This document shows, in pieces, positions 60,455 to 64,000 of a DNA stretch of 64,000 nt (position 1 is its first letter; the number at the start of each line of letters is the position of its first letter). Below the pieces are notes generated by a model. The model saw only the letters and a list, made by a program, of their open reading frames with translations, was not told where the DNA came from and ran no database searches. The stretch lies in NCBI GenBank assembly GCA_944320685.1, contig CALUIK010000007.1, forward strand, positions 51,747 to 115,746. Reading direction: 5' to 3'. A program made the translations under genes and the position numbers. This DNA comes from an uncultured Alistipes sp. GTDB lineage: Bacteria > Bacteroidota > Bacteroidia > Bacteroidales > Rikenellaceae.

Positions 60455-62254
60455 TTACTCGCGCGCCACGTCGTACTCGCCCGCGCCTCCCGCAAACTCG
60501 TTCTGCCCGATCACGTCGTTCTTAACACGCTCGAAGAGGAAACGGTGGGTGTTCCAATGCATCTGCGCATACTCTTCGTTCTGGCGCACCACATTGCGGC
60601 GGAATACCAGCCCGTCGACCGAACGGGCAAATAGGATCGGCACGTCGAACGTGTCGAACTCGTTGTCCTCGATCACGATGCCGCTATGGAAATATCTCTC
60701 CTGAAGGGGCAGATCCGGCACCTCGGGGTAGATCGATATTACGGCGTTGGTAAACTGGTACATGCTCGTCAGGGCGTTCACGAAACGGTTGCGGCGTATC
60801 GTCACATCGCGGCACGCCCCCGTCTCGAACCAACCGTTGCAGTCGCCGCACAACAATATGGCCGTACCCGACGTATGATCGAAGAGATTGCCCTCGACGA
60901 GGGTGCGGCGCGGTGTGCTGAACAGCGCCCCGCGCGCGCGGTTGTTGCGGATAACATTGTCGGCAAAGTACACCTCGGGGGTCCACTCCAGATTCTCGAT
61001 GCCGAAATCCTCACCGCGGCCGATGTTCTCGTCGAGCGGCTGCTCGAATGCAATGCGGAAACGCTTTACGCCCTTGTCCACGGGATTGTCGACAGCCTCG
61101 ATGGAGGCGATGACGTTCGTGCCGTCCAGCACCTCCATGCGGCGCGAGGCGATGAACTGCACCTCGTCGCCGGCATGCCCCCACACGAAACCGTAGCTTT
61201 GGCCGTGCATGTAGTCGGCCATGAGCGTACGGTCGTTCTCGCGGCTGACCACCTTCAGGTATGTGCCGTGGACGTTTATCGCATCATCCATCATGTTTTC
61301 GTACAGCCCGTTGCGCGAGACGATACGGCCCTTGCATCCGGAGAAGTGGGTGGCATCGGCCTGCGTGGTGAAATAGCGCGGGTCGTCCGCACCGCGCAGC
61401 GCCACCGAGAAGCCGTCGAGCGTAATGCCGTCGCACACCTGCGCCAGCAGTCCCATACCCTCGGCGTAATGCACCGTGACATCCTTCAACATGGCGTTGG
61501 AGTCCCGGTATAGGAAAATCCCGGGCGCAGGACGGCCGTAGCCGCGGAAAACCACCACGGTGCCCTCGACAAGCGCCGTATTGCGCCACGGCGCGCGTAT
61601 CGTGCGCGGAGCTACCTCGACCACGCCGCGGGTACCGACGCCTATGTCGCCCGTATTGTACACCACACGCTTCGTGTCCCCCTCGAAGGCCATGCCCAGC
61701 GCCGGCACATGCTCCCAGCCCTCGCCCTTGGCCACGAACATGCTGTCGCGTATCTCATACTCGACCCATGGCGCCACCTCGTATGTGATCGTACCGGTGT
61801 CGGGGTCGTTCTCCGTCACGCGCACTTGGCTGATGTGAGGGTTGGCGAAATCGACACTCAGGTTGCGCAGCGTACAGTTGCGGCAGTCGACTATCGCCAC
61901 GGGGAGCATACGGCCGTGAAAGACGAGTTCCGCCCCCTGCCCGTCGAAAGTGACGTTGCGCATGTCCTCCAGCACGATGCCCACAGCCTTGGGGTTGGGC
62001 TGATCGTGGTTCGAGATGTAGTATTCGCGGCTTGCTGCGCCGTCGGCATGGAAGTCGTAACGCCCCGCGGGCAGCACGATCCGCACGTTGCGGCCGCCGC
62101 TTTCGGCCTTTATCCTCTTCAGGGCCGAATAGACCAGCGGCGAGGCGTTCTCCCCGCTATCGGGCACAAGGCCGTAATCGGCAAGGTCATAAGTCTTGGT
62201 ACATGAGGCTGCGGCCAGCGACAACAGCATGGCGGCTAAAAAGGCGGGTTTCAT
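60455..62254 (-). CDS. glaB: Alpha-1,3-galactosidase, GH110 (lipoprotein)
   Basis: Lipobox LAAASC. YYISNHDQ, ADATHFSGCKG, MDDAINVHGTY, NNRARG and LLCGDCNGWFETG recall GH110 subgroup B beta-helix enzymes. Start at MKPAFL. Confidence 0.88.
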   Translation of the reverse strand: MKPAFLAAMLLSLAAASCTKTYDLADYGLVPDSGENASPLVYSALKRIKAESGGRNVRIVLPAGRYDFHADGAASREYYISNHDQPNPKAVGIVLEDMRNVTFDGQGAELVFHGRMLPVAIVDCRNCTLRNLSVDFANPHISQVRVTENDPDTGTITYEVAPWVEYEIRDSMFVAKGEGWEHVPALGMAFEGDTKRVVYNTGDIGVGTRGVVEVAPRTIRAPWRNTALVEGTVVVFRGYGRPAPGIFLYRDSNAMLKDVTVHYAEGMGLLAQVCDGITLDGFSVALRGADDPRYFTTQADATHFSGCKGRIVSRNGLYENMMDDAINVHGTYLKVVSRENDRTLMADYMHGQSYGFVWGHAGDEVQFIASRRMEVLDGTNVIASIEAVDNPVDKGVKRFRIAFEQPLDENIGRGEDFGIENLEWTPEVYFADNVIRNNRARGALFSTPRRTLVEGNLFDHTSGTAILLCGDCNGWFETGACRDVTIRRNRFVNALTSMYQFTNAVISIYPEVPDLPLQERYFHSGIVIEDNEFDTFDVPILFARSVDGLVFRRNVVRQNEEYAQMHWNTHRFLFERVKNDVIGQNEFAGGAGEYDVARE

Positions 62255-62286
62255 TGTTTCGTGTAGGTTTTGGCTTTGTAATTTAC

Positions 62287-62294
62287 CAAAGATA
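62287..62294 (-). promoter_or_regulatory. Bacteroidota -7 promoter element for the GH110 gene
   Basis: TATCTTTG on the minus strand, about 33 nt upstream of the ATG. Confidence 0.6.
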
Positions 62295-62360
62295 GCGATA
62301 TTCCGCATAACCGGAAAGCGCAGCACGGTTTTTTAACCGAAAATTCGCACTCCCGACACC

Positions 62361-62864
62361 TCACTTCGCCCTCCGCGCCATTATAAGGTGCAGCGCGCAC
62401 AGGTTGGCCGCAGCCAGAACAGCCCCCGCAAGGCCCCACAACACCATCTCCCGCACGGAGAATAGGCTCGCGGCTGCCGCCGCGGCAATGATACAATATG
62501 GCATGGAAAGCAGCGATGTCGCAACTCCCGGGACATATCCTCCGACAGCCGCAGCCTGCGCGCAGTGCACCGCGGCATGCAGGGCGAATGCCGCCACACA
62601 GCACCACCACGCAACGAACCCCGCACCGGCCGCGGCCGCGGCCGTACATGCGGCGACAATGATGCACTCCTCGGCGGCAGCGGCGGCGAAAGCCCCTGTA
62701 CGCACACGCGCCAGCACCGCCAATAAAGGTTTCATCCGCGGGAAGCGACGCATGAGAGGCGACGCATGACGGCCCATCCACCGCCTCATGAAAAGGAGCT
62801 CCTCCACCTCGTGAAGCAGGAATACGGCCGGAAACACCACCGCGAACGACTCCGTCAGAACCAT
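62361..62864 (-). CDS. HXXEE domain-containing membrane protein
   Basis: FLLHEVEE motif in the first TM helix, FALHAAVHC and YVPGVATS. Start at MVLTES. Confidence 0.8.
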   Translation of the reverse strand: MVLTESFAVVFPAVFLLHEVEELLFMRRWMGRHASPLMRRFPRMKPLLAVLARVRTGAFAAAAAEECIIVAACTAAAAAGAGFVAWWCCVAAFALHAAVHCAQAAAVGGYVPGVATSLLSMPYCIIAAAAAASLFSVREMVLWGLAGAVLAAANLCALHLIMARRAK

Positions 62865-63307
62865 AATATCCTCTCGTTTTTGAAGTTCGGCGACGGCGAG
62901 TCCGCATAAGGGTCGTAGTTGTCGATGTTGCAGCCGTACTCCTTGAGCGACGCTATGCGTCCATCTACATCCCAGCCGACGACCGACACGCCGTCGAACT
63001 CCTGCACGACGCCGTCGCGCATCTCGCAGCGGAAACTCCACTCCACCGCCGACCAGCGGCCGCTATGGAAGAAACGCCCCGCATCCCATCTTACGACACG
63101 GCCGCGCGTGTTCCACTCGCGGAACCAATGCGCGATCTCCGAAGCGCCCCTGTAATACGGCCCCCAGCTCTCGACATAGAGCGCGTCGGCGGCGAAAATG
63201 CGCGTTATGCCTCGATCCTCACCCGCGAGCCACATGCCGAACCACTCCCGCAGCAACGCCTCGCGCTCTGCCGCGGCCGAAACCTCCATTCCCGATATAT
63301 CCCTCAT
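62855..63307 (-). CDS. NTF2/SnoaL-like small protein
   Basis: FAADALYVESWGPYYRG, VEWSFRC, FDGVSVV and GRIASLKEY fit the NTF2-like fold. The ORF-track upstream extension overlaps the GH38 gene. Confidence 0.75.
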   Translation of the reverse strand: MRDISGMEVSAAAEREALLREWFGMWLAGEDRGITRIFAADALYVESWGPYYRGASEIAHWFREWNTRGRVVRWDAGRFFHSGRWSAVEWSFRCEMRDGVVQEFDGVSVVGWDVDGRIASLKEYGCNIDNYDPYADSPSPNFKNERILWF

Positions 63308-63318
63308 AATAAGCGTAT

Positions 63319-63999
63319 CTAATCTGTCCCGTCGGAAAGTCCTGCACGCAGCGTCACGAAACCCGAAGGCGGCACCGGCACCTCGACACGGGTGCGGCCG
63401 CCGCGGCGTTCCGCCGCGAGCACCCGCTCCGTCGTTCCGTCGAGACGCACCGTACGTACCTCCGAGACCCCGAAGCCAAAACTTACCCCTACGGGGCCGC
63501 CGTCCGCCCCTGCATTGAAGATACGTATCTCGGCCTCCCCGCCGCGACGGCGCGCCGAGGAGAGCTCGTATCCGGCGCCCTCGATCTCTACGAACGGGCG
63601 GCCGGCAACGCTCTTCCTCTCCGCGGCCCGCACATACAGCGGTTCGTTCCAGCCGCAGCAGGCGTCCCACACGCCGGCTTCCCGCCAATCGCCCGCGTGC
63701 GGCAGCAGGGCGTAGCGTATCTCCGTAGGGCCGTCCAGCGTATAGTCGCGCCCCCAGAGGCCGCGGCCCGAATACTGTACCGTGAGCGAAAGCGGCACGC
63801 CGCCGCCGTGGGCATACGACGTGGTATGGTCGGTCATGAGGGTGAGGCCGCGACCGCCGTCCCCCGTCACGTCGACCCAATCCACCACTACATTGTGTTT
63901 ATGCGCATCCCACGTCTTGAAAAAAGTGTCGTCGAGGGTGCTGCGGCAGACCGAGAAGGGGGCGTTCTTATGCAGCGTCTGCCGTCCCGCCACCGAAGG
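63319..63999 (-). CDS. Glycoside hydrolase family 38 (alpha-mannosidase-like), C-terminal domain; gene continues beyond the window
   Basis: DWVDVT...GLTLMTDHTTSY, RYALLPHAGDW, WNEPL and EIRIFN recall the GH38 C-terminal beta domains. The frame is open to the window end. Confidence 0.7.
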   Translation of the reverse strand, partial: PSVAGRQTLHKNAPFSVCRSTLDDTFFKTWDAHKHNVVVDWVDVTGDGGRGLTLMTDHTTSYAHGGGVPLSLTVQYSGRGLWGRDYTLDGPTEIRYALLPHAGDWREAGVWDACCGWNEPLYVRAAERKSVAGRPFVEIEGAGYELSSARRRGGEAEIRIFNAGADGGPVGVSFGFGVSEVRTVRLDGTTERVLAAERRGGRTRVEVPVPPSGFVTLRAGLSDGTD

Positions 64000-64000
64000 G

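Noticed and set aside
1-64000. CRISPR arrays, tRNA/rRNA genes, IS elements, integrases, prophage, inteins, invertible promoters
   Set aside because: Reading through the window I found no regularly spaced direct repeats, cloverleafs, transposase or recombinase ORFs, intein motifs, or inverted repeats flanking a promoter.

Overview
A core-genome window from a high-GC Bacteroidota organism, most likely Rikenellaceae (Alistipes-like). This rests on the gene order, protein sequences and many TAnnTTTG (-7) promoter elements. It holds the 3' end of topA, an exported C1B aminopeptidase and a long minus-strand run (priA-comF-dnaB-comM-murG-murC-ftsQ-ftsA-ftsZ-gldE-sfp-MATE). The middle accessory stretch has a radical SAM protein, YitT, pth/rplY, an exported racemase-like protein, an outer-membrane barrel, galE, a DUF4836-like gene, a cobalamin-riboswitch-controlled DUF4465-like lipoprotein, an ABC exporter, a low-GC lipoprotein, split LysO and MgtC. 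Next come the str/S10/spc/alpha ribosomal protein cluster (rpsL to rplQ), leuS, and a glycan-related end region (esterase, unclassified TIM-barrel hydrolase, mdh, GH110, HXXEE, NTF2-like, partial GH38). I found no tRNA, rRNA, CRISPR array, integrase, transposase or prophage gene, and no clear-cut new multi-gene system. The best leads are an orphan B12-riboswitch/lipoprotein unit, a SecY with an extra N-terminal membrane segment, a 685-bp interruption of the spc operon with its own promoter, an SSB-like DnaB tail encoded near priA, a coiled-coil insertion in FtsQ, and an unclassified DEP-motif glycosidase. Family names are from recall, not database searches.
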